From contig NC_087438.1 of the NCBI RefSeq assembly GCF_036321535.1, positions 6,326,001-6,390,000 of the forward strand: 64,000 nucleotides of DNA, in the 5' to 3' direction. The position numbers were made by a program, and so were the translations under genes. Positions 12,261 to 25,485 of this stretch are shown one piece after another; the stretch's first letter is position 1; each line of letters opens with the position of its first letter. This stretch comes from Camelus dromedarius. Its lineage: Eukaryota. The notes under the pieces were generated by a model. It worked only from the letters and a program-made list of their open reading frames with translations. It was not told the origin of the DNA and did no database searches.

Positions 12261-13284
12261 AGAGTGGCATGGATGTAAACTTGACGTAAAAACAGAAAAA
12301 TATAGGCCACCTTCATTTTCCTAATTCAGTCAATATTCTGAATCCAATAAGGTAAGCCCCTGGGGACGAAATGAGAGACTCAACTGGTGTGGCCACTCTA
12401 AATGCAAATCATCTACCACTAGTATGTTCTCCAAACTAAAATTTTAAGCAGTCATAGGACATTCAAGTAGAAAGGGACCTACAACAATATTTTGAATTGT
12501 GCAGGTGAGGAAAGCAAAGCCCAGAAAGGTTGAGTTCCAAAGGGCAGACTATTGGGCCAAAATTTCGGTCCTCTTCATATCAATCAAGTGCTGGTTTCTA
12601 AATTTTTTAAGTTATTTTTGTTTTGAAAGTGTGGACATTATTATACGTAATCTCTATAAGGGTGTACCAGTAATAGTATGGCTGGTGAGTCTCTAAAAGA
12701 TCAGGTGAACTGCTAAAACAGTGTATTAAAGAGGTAGTTGTTATTCAAGACAAAGACTGAGCTGTGCTTTGTGGACATGCTTGTCTTATCACAGAATTCA
12801 CTACACAAATAACTAATGTATAAGTGGTGCCGAGCCCAGGCTAGATCTGACTTCTCTACCAGGCTAGGGACTCTTGTTTCCATAAGCTCAGGAAGCAAAT
12901 AAGAGAATAAACTCATGAAAAATGTCCAGAATATTCTATTTCAGTTTTTTTTAAAAATGGGTTTAAAGTGACAAAAGATTTGTTTAAGCAAAAAAGAAAA
13001 AATTACCATAAAAATAAGACTCTTAGACCACCAATGCCTATGTGTAACGTAAGCTCTACACAATATGAATTCTAAGGCACATAATTTAGTTATTAGTGGT
13101 TGAAAATTAACTCTGTTTTTGACTTTGGGAGAAAATAGCTGGTATTTCTACATTTCAAAGTTCAGTTTGCTAACTAACCTGGATTCAGTAGTATAAACAA
13201 GATTCTGTTCTATATTTTTCTAAGGACAGTCAAGTATAACAATCTCTCATTTGGTATGAAATATACCTTATAATAAGATATGGA

Positions 13285-13672
13285 TTATCATGGGGTGAAT
13301 TGTGACCCTTCAAAATTCCTCCATTTAAGTCTTAATTCCTAATACCTCAGAATGTGACTGCCTTTGCAGACAGGGCCCTTAAAGAGGTAATTAAGGTAAA
13401 ATGAAGTCACATAGATGGTTCCTAATCTAATGTGAAAGGTGTCTTTATAAGAAGAGGAAATTAAGACACAGACATGTGCACCAACGTGTAAAAATACATT
13501 TAGAAGGTGTTCATCTGCAAGCCAAGGGGAGAGGTCTCAGAAGAAATGAACCCTGCCAACACCTTGATCTCGAACTTCTAGCCTCCAGAACTGCGATAAC
13601 TAATCCGTTGTTTCATCCACCCAATCTGTAGAACTTTGCTATCTTTGTTAAGGCAGCCTGAGCAGACTAGCA
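13285..13672 (+). mobile_element. MLT1 (MaLR) solo LTR
   Basis: gtgaattgtg...gaggtaattaaggtaaaatga...accttgatctcgaacttctagcctccagaactg. Confidence 0.85.
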
Positions 13673-16600
13673 GAGGGACCCTATGTCAAGAGTAGGATGA
13701 TTCTGTCACCCAGATAACTTGCTCAGAGTAATTTCAAAACTAGGCTGTAAATTATTTTTCCATACTTTCCTAAGACATTAGGACTCAAATTCTAATGCAA
13801 AGGCATTATAAATTATGTTAGCCAATTTTCTTTTTATCTTATATGATCACAACATAAGATTTCTATTAGTAAAAGCCTAGTATTTTCAAATATTGTCATT
13901 TATTTCACTTAATCCCCTGTACATATGATTCTGAGCTATAAAAGCAGCAGGAGATGATACAGAACATGTCACATTGTAAAAAACTGATGCAGCTTGATAA
14001 AGATTATAAAATAATTCAACAGCAGAAGCCTTGTTCACAACCTTTATGCTAATAATCCTGGTGATCTTTGGGGTAAAATTAGAGGAAACAAAATGAGCTT
14101 TCCAGTACCCAAGGAAAAGGTCACTGATTATAGTGAATTTCTTTTTGGATGATGTCAAGAATTTTAGTCTCACTGAAATTTCAGGAATTTATGAAAATAA
14201 TCTCTTCCTTTTTTTTTTTTTTTTTTTTTTTTGGGAAAGAAGGAAAGCAGAAAGGAAGGGGTGAGGGGGAGAGGGAAGGAAAAGAAACATGATCAGCTCA
14301 ATATAACATTTACTGCTGCTATGAATAAAAATAATCATTTTTTATTTTTCGTACTTGTATGTGTTCAGACAGCCTTCTGCAGCTCATTAAAGCTTGAACA
14401 ATGAAACGATATTTAAAGTGAAAGTCATTATGCCCTATGAGTATAGTGGCTTCAATGCTAATGAACTTGAGAACCCTGAACGATGAAAAAGGCCCAGAGA
14501 AATTAATTTTTCTTGAGAACAGCAGCCCAAAGCACTGCCAAAACACAGAATAAATACATATTTCCTCTAAGTTGCAATAAAACACTTCGGAGGGTGGGAT
14601 TGTACCAGATTTGATAGATATAAAATTTTCGTCTTAAGAAAAGAAAAAGTCACACCAGGAAACAGAGGGCTAGCTCCGGAAAATGGGATCTAAAAATGTA
14701 CGATTGCTGCAAAGCCTTGGGCGGACACATCTTTTATCTTGACTCCGTGTTCCTCTTATTACTTTTCTAAGTTTTGTTGTATTTTAAAGGGATGTTTATG
14801 ATTCGGCTGGCCGTGTGCTGAATCCAGCATTGAAATTAAACTTGTGAGCAGACCAGGTGGCAATTCTGATGACAGTTGCTTGTGGCAGGGCCACTAAACG
14901 GAGCAGCTAAATTCCTTTATTTCCAATTGTGCATTTGCCTCTGATGCTCTGTTGCTGTATCCGAGAGACATTTTTAGTGTTTGTCTCATGGACCCAGAGT
15001 TACTGCAGAGTAAAAGGAAACCTTTTGTATTTGCACCCCTTACTGTTCCAAGCATTTATCAGCGAGGTAATGATGAAATGCCCTCTTCCACTCACTGGGC
15101 AGCACGTTGCCATAGCAACAGATCATTACGCAAAGTTCATCAATTCAGCCCGTTGTTACTCCAAAGTGGCAGACAGCTAATGTTTCGAAAGTTCTTTCTT
15201 TTAACCCATAATTGAGCAAATGAATTAAATTGGTCTTGGCACTGGGAGCCCAGCATCCCATTTATATAGTAAAGGGGAATTAAGAGAAGAAAACAGCCCT
15301 CCTTGGCTAGTGTATGCTCAAAAAGGAGATTTTAATTAACTCCGTTCATCAGACTCAACTAATGGCTTACTTTTTTTCTCAAAAAGGATATGCTAGCCAG
15401 CTTAAATGTCCTAGTCATAAATTATATGCAACATTCTTTCATCCCAAAGTATTAATTTAAACCATATTCCTGTATCCTCACCCTCGGCATATACGTTCCA
15501 GGGAGTCAGGTGCTGGGGGGCCTGTCTTATTCACTGGGATCTCACTGGCATCTAGAACAGTGCCTGGCACACAGTAGGTGCTCAAGTAGAGCACATGCAC
15601 GGTTCTGTGTGTGGACCAGTGTGTTAGACTCCTGTCTCCAGGTCACACTCATCTCTGGGTCTCCTTCACTCCGGGGCCCAGCTCACAGGCCAGAACCATG
15701 CAGTGAGCTTAGCTACACAGGAGGCTTGGACGGTGCCTGGCAGGCACGGGACATTATGTAAGAATTCGATATTATAATTTTATAACTATTTTTAGTGTAT
15801 ACATTAGAAGCCCTACTCAAGTTCTGTCTAAAATGAGCAAGCCCCCTGCCTCTGTCAGTACTGGCCACAAATAAAGCAGAGGGGGAGATGACGGCTCTAT
15901 TACAACCACCACCACTGCCTGACTGAAAAACAAAACACTCCTCTAAGAGCTCTGAATCACAAGGTGGTGCTTACAGGAAATTTACCACTGGAGTTTCCTG
16001 TGAAAGAAACCATATTACATTCAAAACAAGAGTACAATTAGTAGCATCCTCTGGGGATCTTTCCTAAAGCTCACAGCTAGCCCCACAGCTTAATTCTAAT
16101 GCTCATCCTCCTGCTAAGGAGGCAATTCAAGTTTCTAGAAGGAAATTACTTGCCTTGGATTTATTGCATCTAAATTACAAAGCAACCACCCAGTTGGCAA
16201 AGTTGGCAGCCATTCTCTGGCAGCCACCAGGCAGGAACACAGAGTCTAAATCACCTCTCGCCCCCAGTGGTGAAATTTATCCTGTGTCTGATTCCATTAG
16301 GGGTGGACTGAGACGGCGGAGAAAAATCCACCCTAAGCACTTCTGTGCTTTTGCAACAATAATTTAAAAGAAAAAAGAGAGCTCGATCTAGTCAATGGAA
16401 CAAGACAATTATTTGGTCATTTTTTTCTGAATTGCTGCATTACACTAATTATGAACTCTTGGCTGAGATTCCAGGCTATTTGATAGCTTGACTTTCCACA
16501 TTTTTTTTTCAAGTATGATCTCATCCATTCCTATCGCTTCAAAGCCAATCCGAGGTCTCCATTACTGACTCAAACCTTTCTCTTTAGCTTTAAGGAAGGA

Positions 16601-18372
16601 TTTCTAACTGACTGTCAGAGCTACACATGTAACTGTATCCCAGACTGAGCTGTCTCTCCTTTGGCTCAAATCTGTTCATGCATCTGAAACCCTTTTTCAT
16701 TTGTTAGGATAAAATTTTCAATCTGCCACGTCTTACATTTTAGCTTCACCTCCTGTCTCTCTACCCACAACTCCAGCTGATCTAAATTCTCACCTTTCAG
16801 AACACCCCGGTTTGCCATAGTCTGCACTTCTCCCTGGAACATCCTCCCAAGCCTTCCCCAACCAGGCCCTCTGACTTCCGGGATGGGGATGTGTCAGAGA
16901 GGACGGGGCAAAACTCAGACACGGGAGAATCGCAGGCCACAAGAGAAGATGTCAGAGGCCGAAGCACCAAAAGTGGGTGAGAGATCAGTGCCCAGCCAGG
17001 GCAAGATGAGCTGGCCCTGGGACCAAGCCCTCATGTTCCTGGAACACTCGGTGCTCAAGGCAGGAAGGCCTCAGAATCTGAGGGTCCAAAGGTGCAGGTT
17101 AAGGGACCCTAGCTTTGAAAGTTAGAGGGTCTTGAAGCCAAGCTGCAGGGGAATCATTCACAGGTCAGCAGTTCAATAAATACCAGGACAACTGGCTGTT
17201 ATCTGGTCCACGCAGAGAGAAACTAACGCAGCCCACAAATATTTTTAAAAAGCCAACACTGTGTAATCAATACAATTTCTAATTGAAAGGAAACGTTATA
17301 GTTCAACCCAAAGAGCATTAGCTCACTGTGAAGATTGCCTGTTAAAGACCCCTTTTACCGAGGACAAGTCAAGCCCTCTGTGCTTGCATTTACCTTTCAC
17401 TTGCAATCAGTGTTCTTTTGCTACGGTCGGTCAAGCTCAGATTTTAAAAACTTAAGTGATTATATCAATGAAGATCTACATGAAATGCCTGACTGATAAT
17501 GAAGTTTTGAGATCACTTTCAATACTACCGGTGACAATTTTTTTTTAAATTATTTAAAAATTTCGTAAGTGTATGAGTTTTTGAGTATTTAGGCAATTAT
17601 TGAAATTTTTATGATTAACACAGCTACATGAAAATTGAGGGCTCTAAACCCTCATACCTGTTCTTGGGGGTGTGACAATCAACAACGACTGGTCTTAACG
17701 GAGGATCACTGCCAAGAACTTTTACTAGTTGTAGCTGATTCTCAATATTTTAACCTCACATGGCCAACAATGCTTAACACATATTTTCTAGTTAAAGAAA
17801 TCTTCTTTCTTGAGCAAATTTTCTTTTCCTCTTTCTGCACTCAAGTTTAATCCCTCAAACAAAAAAAATTACATATTTAATCAGCTTCATTATACTCAGT
17901 TGGAGTGCAAGATTAGACTAAAAATAGATCACAAGAACTGCCCTCTTAACATTGTTTTAATCTCAAAATGCTTTAAAAAATTCAAACAGAGTTAAGCTTT
18001 TGCCGCCTTCAGAAATCCAAAAAATGATAATTATTCACATGGCCGGAAAGTTAATTAACTTGCATTTAATGCTCTCAAAGGGTGAAACAGCTCAGATCTT
18101 TTTTCTTCTCTCTTTCCTATTTGGGCTTAGTTAACATAATGACAATGGGGCTGGATGATGAGGAGAAAGGCTGGATGGACAGATGGAAGGATGGCTCTCT
18201 GCTTTTCAGCAACCTATTTATTCAGCGCTATCAGCCAATGCACAGCAGGAGAAGGAACTTTTTTCCTTCACATTCATTCTTCTTTGGTCTACAAGAGTAA
18301 CTTCGTACGTAATGATAATTTCAGATAGTCTTGACTTTAGGGGTTGGCTAGGTTTGGGCTGCCTTGATTCTT

Positions 18373-18997
18373 TTTTTTTTTTTTTTGTATATATATATTT
18401 ATTGAAGTATAGTCAATTTACAATGTTGTGTCAATTTCTGGTGTACAGCATCATGCTTCAGTCATACATGAACATACATATATTTGTTTTCATATTCTTT
18501 TTCACCATAAGTTACTACAAGATATTGAATATAGTTCCCTGTGCTCTACAGTATGAACTTGTTTATCTACATTACATATATCAGTATCTGCAAATCTCAA
18601 ACTCCCAATTTATCCCTTCCCACCCCCTTTCCTCTCAACTATACATTTGTTTTCTATGTCTGTGAGTCTGTTTCTATTTTGTAAATAAGTTCATTTGTGG
18701 GTTTTTTTTTTTTTAAGATTCCACATATAAGTGATATCATTTGGTATTTTTCTTTCTCTTTCTGACTTACTTCACTTAGAATGATAATCTCCAGGTCCAT
18801 CCATGTTGCTGCAAATGGCACTATTTTATTTTTTATGGCTAAGAAGTATTCTGTTGTATAAATATACCACAACTTCTTTATCCAGTCCTCTGTTGATGGA
18901 CATTTAGGCTGTTTCCATGTCTTGGCTATTGTAAATAGTGCTGCTATGAATATTGGGGTGCATGTACCTTTTTGAATTAAGGCTCCTCTGGATACAC
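18373..18997 (-). mobile_element. 5'-truncated young L1 (end of ORF2, 3' UTR and polyA)
   Basis: Perfect 18-bp TSD tgggctgccttgattctt at 18355-18372 and 18998-19015. ORF 18654..19115 contains the L1 ORF2 C-terminus (IAALFTIAKTWKQPKCPS). Confidence 0.95.
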
Positions 18998-21205
18998 TGG
19001 GCTGCCTTGATTCTTCATACAAGGTTTCTTTATTAAAAGTCACATCTTCAGTTTCTTGGAGGAAATACTTACATATCCAACAGGTAAGTAAGATATGATC
19101 AAGTAGGAACAGCATTTGCCTCTAAGGACATTGGCTTAAAACATCATCCTATTCTTAAACGAATGAGAACTGTACGTTTCCTTAATAAGAACCTTTGCAG
19201 AATCTTTTTGGAAAGATGATTCTATTTAAAGACCATAAAATGCCCTATTTAAGAACATCAATTTACCCATTTCTATGTTTCAGAAAGGGAAGGGAGATGA
19301 AAATATTATAAGGCAACAAACAATTGGACAGCTTTTTAATCACTTATGCAATCTTTTGCAAGAAACAAAAGAAATTCTGATGTTGACATCTCTGCAGATG
19401 ACAAATATGATGTCCCCACATCCAGCGCAGGTTTGTTTGCAGACAGACGTGCACTGTCCATAATCGCACCGCCGTCAGGCTGTTTACCCCAATCACAGCT
19501 TGCTGCAGGCCTCCTGGTGGAAGGATTAATTCCTTCCACCTGTGTTACTTTACCACTACGATTTGGGGAGCACCCACTTCCTCTAATGGGCTCCAGGTGG
19601 GAACTACAATATTAATAGTTACACCTTGTTCCTTGTACCTTAGCACTCTTACTCCCAGGTCTGTCAAATCTCTTCCTTTTGCACTAAGGGATTTCTCTAC
19701 CCACATCTCCTCTGAAAAAGCTTATTTACAAAGAAATGATGGGATTTTTTTCTTCCAGTCACTCTGCTGTGTAACGACTTCTGGAAGGAAGCCCATATGT
19801 AATGTCACCGGCAGTGATATTCATCAAGCCCTAGATTGCACTTATTCTTTCCTCGTCCTTCTGAGTGCGCTGCTGTCTGCTTTAGAATTTAATTACCTAG
19901 AGGCCGACGCTGAACTCTGCTTAGTCATGACTGGTCATCATTGCCAGGCAAGGGATATATACACAAGCCAGCAAGGATGGTGGAAAGTTACTTGGACAAA
20001 GAATGAAAAAGGTAGATGTTCAAAGCCAAGGCATAAACAATCCTGCAAGTCATTTGCTGCTGTAATCAGATGTGGTTCCACTTTGGCCCAAGCAACCTGA
20101 CACCTTTGCAAAGCCCCTATTACCATGCCCTGTAAGTTAGATGAAATCATTACAGAAAGATTTATTCTGAAGACAACATTCCTTTCAAAGGGTAAACGAG
20201 GACAGCGCTCTGGCCATCTGAGTGGAACTCGAATTTTCCTAGTGCAAAGGTTCAATTTGTTAACACATCACAACAGAATCAAATTATTCCAGAGTTTATG
20301 GTACTCAGAAGAATTTTGCTTTCTGATTTAACAGCTTAGAGAATGACTGTGGTGGGCAAGTTGACAGCAATTCCACATACTATTTTAAAGCTTACCCGTC
20401 ACGTGGCGGGGTGAGGGAGTTCTAGAAATCTGTTCCTTGCATTGCCAAAGGAATCACAAGACTTCATCCTGATCCTTCGTGTTCTAAGTCAACCTGAGCA
20501 GCGGACAGTCTCTTCTTGTGGGAATCCTGGATGCTCCCCAGTGGTCCTGGAATAACTGGGTGTCAGGGAGGCCGCGCCTCCCGGGGGAGAGATGCAGTCG
20601 CCTCCCTGACCATAGAGTGGCATTAGGAAGATTTTCCCAACAAGGCCTGTGCTCAACTCTATGATCAGGAAAAGACCGCCCTCAAGGTCACAGTGCAAAG
20701 AGAGGAAGGAGACAGAGATGGCTGGAGGGGTGCAGGCAGAGATGGTGATGGCTCTTCCATTTTTATCTTGTAAGATTTTTTTTTTCTTATTTGTTTTTGG
20801 TTTGTGAGGAAATTATCTGTTAAGTGTCATAAAATACATGGCATTTGCCCCCTGCCTTCCATTTCCACATTATTGATTTTTTTTCCCGACGCAGACATTA
20901 GCTCATGGAGCCCTGGAGCCAATGAAAAATGACTTCCTTCTGCCACAAGCACTTCAGGCAGGTCTAGATAATAGGGCACAGAACAATCAATGCCCTGGGC
21001 AGCTCAAACGAGAGCGAGGGCTGGTTTCCCCTTTGAATATGAACAGCCCTAAGAAGTGCAGGGGTAGATGTTTGCCCCAAAGGGGAACATTTTGTATTTA
21101 ATAGAAATTGAAATTAACTGAAACTTACATTGAGAGATTTTTTTGTTTGGTTCTTTGTTTGGCAGAGGTGGGTAGCAGGTGTGGGATGGGGTGCATGAGG
21201 CCTCC

Positions 21206-21790
21206 TGTGGTAGCAAATTTCTAAGGTGGTCCCATAATTAGATACCCCTTTTGTTGAGTGACCTCACCAGTCATGATGGTATGTCCCTCCAGTGATTAAG
21301 TCACATTGCATCGCAACAGTGAAGAGACGCTGCAGGTGTCATCACGAGCCCAAATAAGTTGATTTTGAGTTAATTAAGTGGGATGATGCTTTGTAGTCCT
21401 GACTCAATCAGGCGAAAGCCCTTAAAAGAGGGACAGGAACCTCCCTGAGAAGAAAGGCTCTTTGCATGATGGGTGGAGTAAATGGTTATGTTGGAGAAGA
21501 CTGGGTGGGGGAAGGAACTGCCAACAGCCTGTAGGGCATCCAGGAGGCCTCTGCCAAGAGCCGGCAAAACCCTGTTGCTGTCAGTCACACAGCCACGAAG
21601 AAATGAACTCTGCCAACAATCTAAATGAGCTTGTGTGTAGATTCTTCACCAGTCAAGCCTTCGGGTGAGACTGCAGCCCTACCTAACAGCTTTATTGCAG
21701 CCTGGTGAGACCCTGAGCAGCTAAGCCCAGGCTACCAGCCCATGGAAACTGCATGAATATAAATGTAAGTTGTTTGAAACTGCTAAGATT
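21206..21790 (+). mobile_element. Older MLT1 (MaLR) LTR
   Basis: tgtggtag...cagccacgaagaaatgaactctgccaacaatctaaatgagcttg...gcagcctggtgagaccctgagcag. Confidence 0.8.
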
Positions 21791-23074
21791 ATATATAAAC
21801 TGTTAAGTGTACACACACACACACACACATATATATGCATAATATCCCTCTTAACAGGTTTTGTATGAAAATAAGTAGTTAGCAAGCGTGGGTAATAACT
21901 ACAATGCATTAATGCATTTTGTCACAGCCGATGAAATGAGTGACGATGGACTAGCCATCTATCTGGGAGTTTCACTACCTACGGAGACCTTTGTTCGTAA
22001 GGTCAACTAGAACAATCCTTTTGTAATAACACTTGCAGGTTCATCATCAAATCAGCAGACAAGTGAGCCTTCTCATAACTGAATTTTCAGGATAAAAGGG
22101 TCTGCAAAAACATACCCTAAATTATGCATTCCAGTAATTGGTGCTCTACGTGAGGACTCTCCTCATAAAATTTTCATAGTAAGTGGTTTGAAGGTTTCCC
22201 TGCAGAAGCGGAGATCTATAATTCACAAAACAAGAAAACTTGGGATATTGGGTGGACATAAATAAAACCTCTTCGGAGTTTGGATGTCGTTTCACACAGA
22301 AACAATACTATATTAACTATATTTTTGTATAAACAGGAAGGACTCCAGGCCTGGGAACAGGAGACTCTTGGGCTTAACCTCCAGTACCTTCCCTGACACC
22401 CAACGGTGTTATATCTAAAATGCACATCGGGCAGGATTTATATGAAAAGATGAGATAAAGAGAAATGGTTTGTATTTCTTCTGTCCACAGACTGCAATGT
22501 TTTATTGCTTGGGCCAACTTTCAATCAATACTAACCATATGAAGCATGAAAGAGAAAGAATGAATGATTTACATGGGTCTAAAACAAAGAAAGAAAGGAG
22601 AGAGAAAGCAGACGGAGAAGAGAACAGTGAAATCGGAAATCGGCCCCTCCATAAGGACAGAAGTGGATTGCATCAATTTAGCGTAAACTGAGGTATTTTC
22701 TAGTTTGTAGCATATAACTTCAGATTTTCTCTGTGGTTGGGGAACTAGGCATAAAGTAATAAAATTATTCAGAAAACATGTTTAATAACAAAGCACATTA
22801 AAAAATAGGAATTAATATGCCTATATTTAGTAAAACAAAACAATTAATTGTTTTTAATACCATTTTAAGTGGTTTGGCATATATTAAATTGGATTCAACA
22901 GTAGACTTTTCATTTTAATTGGGCCTGACATAAAGTTATAGTGAAGCACTAATTTTGTTCATTGAGTTCAGGGCACTGAGAAATGTCAGGGGAGCAGGAG
23001 AAAGCCGGGCTACGCTTCAAATCTGGCTGCAAGGTCCGATGCAAAGTGAGAGTACACCAGGCGGATTCATGTCC

Positions 23075-23425
23075 GGGGGCTCATATAATGAAATACCATC
23101 TCCGGGATGGCTTAAAGCAGCATGCATTTATCAGCTCACAGTTCTGGGGGCTAGAAGCCTGAGAGCGAGGTGTCGGCCAGGCCATGCTCCCTTGAGACTC
23201 TGGGTACAAGCCTTCCTTGCCTCTTCCCAGCTTCTGGTGGTGGCCGCCCATCCCTGGGGCTCGCTGGCTGGCAGCGACATGACTCCAGTCTCTGCCTTTG
23301 TTGGTCCATGTCATTCTCCTGTGTGTCTCTCCTCTTCTTATAAGAACAGCAGTCATGCTGGATTAAGCATCCGCTCAACTCCAGTACAACTTAATTTTAT
23401 CTCATTACATCTACAGACTCTATTC
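23075..23425 (-). mobile_element. MLT1C-like LTR
   Basis: ctcacagttctgggggctagaagcctgag...ccttgcctcttcccagcttctggtgg. Confidence 0.85.
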
Positions 23426-23554
23426 CTCTTGGTATTATTATTATTATTATTATTACTATACTTGGATTAAAATCTTAATGGTCTACAGAGCATGTCTCAT
23501 CCATCCCTGCCTTCATTAGTAGCCCTGGGACTCTGCGGGTTTGGGTGCATTCTT

Positions 23555-24200
23555 CCTCAGTGAGCTTGCTTAGAAAGTAGAACGCGAAGCAAGGATTACA
23601 AACTGATGCATTGTTAGGGGTACAATCCCAGGGCTGCGTGAGTGAGGGAAGAAGCGGAGCGGGAAAGGGTGGGGTCATGCCATGTGAGGGGTCACCACGG
23701 GCCATGCCTATATGCTGAGCCACAAAGAGACATCTGCTTGGCTCCCTGGAGAACCTTGTCCTCAACAGCCCATCGGAGCGGAAAAAAAAAAAAAAAAAAA
23801 AGGAAATTTATTAGCTGGTTCCTTCCCATGTCCCGCCTCGCGTTGGCTGAAGCTCGCCTCACAGGTCGCACAACCCCCTGCACTTCCGGGTTGCACCTCC
23901 CGGACCCTTTAGCATCTGCTTGAGAAGCTACATCCCAGGCCAGCGATGTGAGGTCTTATCCACATCCAGAAGTGGCAGGAGGGCCTGGCCACCAGGAGTT
24001 GGCATCAATTGGAAGACGCTGGTCCTGCCTAGGAATCTGTCAGCCCAGGTGGCAGCTGAGACAGAGGAAACGGCTGAGGGTCCAGGAGCAAGGAAGGCCC
24101 AGAAAACCTGAGGAAGTGCTGAAGACACGTCCAGTCCGTGTACCGTCTTTAAGTTTTCCCGGCACACTTTGCTCCACCAGCTCGCAGAGCCCTTCCTGTT
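23555..24200 (-). mobile_element. ERVL LTR33/LTR16-like element
   Basis: Minus strand carries caacccggaagtgcaggggg and a tccctcactc...ctgggat 3' region resembling LTR33 as recalled. Boundaries uncertain. Confidence 0.45.
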
Positions 24201-24299
24201 CTGTGGGACGCCTTAATTCTTCTTTCATCTGAAATTAGCACGGATACTCAGCTCGCCACCCATCCCTTTTCCATGGCTTCTTTCCTGAGATTTCTATTC

Positions 24300-24950
24300 T
24301 GATTTTCTTCTTTGACCAGAAATCAAGGTTTTCTCTTTTGAAAGTAAGAAATCACAGACACTATAGCCCTAAATTCTCCATGTACTTTTCTCTTTGAAGG
24401 GAAGATTAGCCTAGAATAAAATGCTTGAGTCACATTCAATTTCCCTCCAATTTTTATATACATTGTTTTACCTGAAATCTGGTATTGAGTGTTCCACTAT
24501 TGTTTTGTTTTGTTTTCCTTTCTTTCTCAAAGCTTCTTCATCGTTTGTTGACTGAATCTCGCCAGTGATTAGTCTTGTTTTGTGTTTGTAAAAGACACCC
24601 CTGCTATTTGTTCTACTGCCTGAGATTTTCATTTTGGGGAATGTTTGCCTGTTCTCCTTATTTCTGGTTGAATATAATACTCTTGATTCATATTTTCTTT
24701 TTTTCAGAATATTTTAGTCCACGTTTCATGGATTTATGCACCTGGGGAGTATTCTGGGACCACCTAATTTTATTTTTTCCATTTGGAGATATTTTCCCTC
24801 CTGAATGCCTAAATAATTCTTTATTTTTGCCATTTAAAACATAACCTGACTACATCTAGTGTTCATTTATTCTGAGTCAATATTCCTCAAACATGGTGTG
24901 TTTGAAATGTGCAGACACAATTCTTTTGTTTCAGGGCAATCATCCTCGAT
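24300..24950 (-). mobile_element. Old L1M fragment
   Basis: T-rich decayed sequence with an L1-like tagcctagaataaaatgcttgagtcac segment. Confidence 0.4.
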
Positions 24951-25309
24951 ACCTCTGCCTGCCCCTGCCCAGACCACCAAGCTCCATTAGCTATAATTTC
25001 TGACGCTTTTTTTTTTAGCCTGATATATTTTAATCACTCTGTATTGGCTTGCTGCGCCTTAAAACATTTTCTTTCAAATCAAGTCACACCTGTTTGGCTA
25101 ACTAGTTAGCAAATCACACCATCAACGACTGAGATGAATTGTAAACATGTCTGCTGGGCCCAGGGTGGGTAAACAGACTTTATGTCTGCATCACAAATGA
25201 TTAGAAATCAATCACAATGATGTCAGGGCTCAACCACAGGGAGAGGCAAGGTACATTCATTACACGGAGACGATTCTACGTTAAAAAAAAATCATTATTT
25301 CCTCTGGAG

Positions 25310-25485
25310 CAGCCCTACTTGAATATGGTCCAGAAATGCCCAGCACTGAGTTGACCTGGGATCCTGTTAGGAACAACCACTCTCCGGACTGACTCAGCAT
25401 CTCATGATTTTGGGTTTTGGACCCTGTATTGCACATGCCCTCCAGGTGAGTCTTATCCATGTTCTCGTTGAACCAACACTGGTCT
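25310..25485. mobile_element. MER5-like hAT MITE
   Basis: cagccctacttgaatatggtcc...acatgccctccaggtgagtcttat...aacactg. Confidence 0.55.

Noticed and set aside
16255..16272. CTCF-like CCACTGGGGGCG on the minus strand
   Set aside because: One base short in the core; it lacks the conserved AG.
18183..19115. ORFs of 150-170 aa at 18183, 18654 and 22955, and shorter ones at 27948 and 53224
   Set aside because: Translations of L1 or MLT1 repeat sequence.
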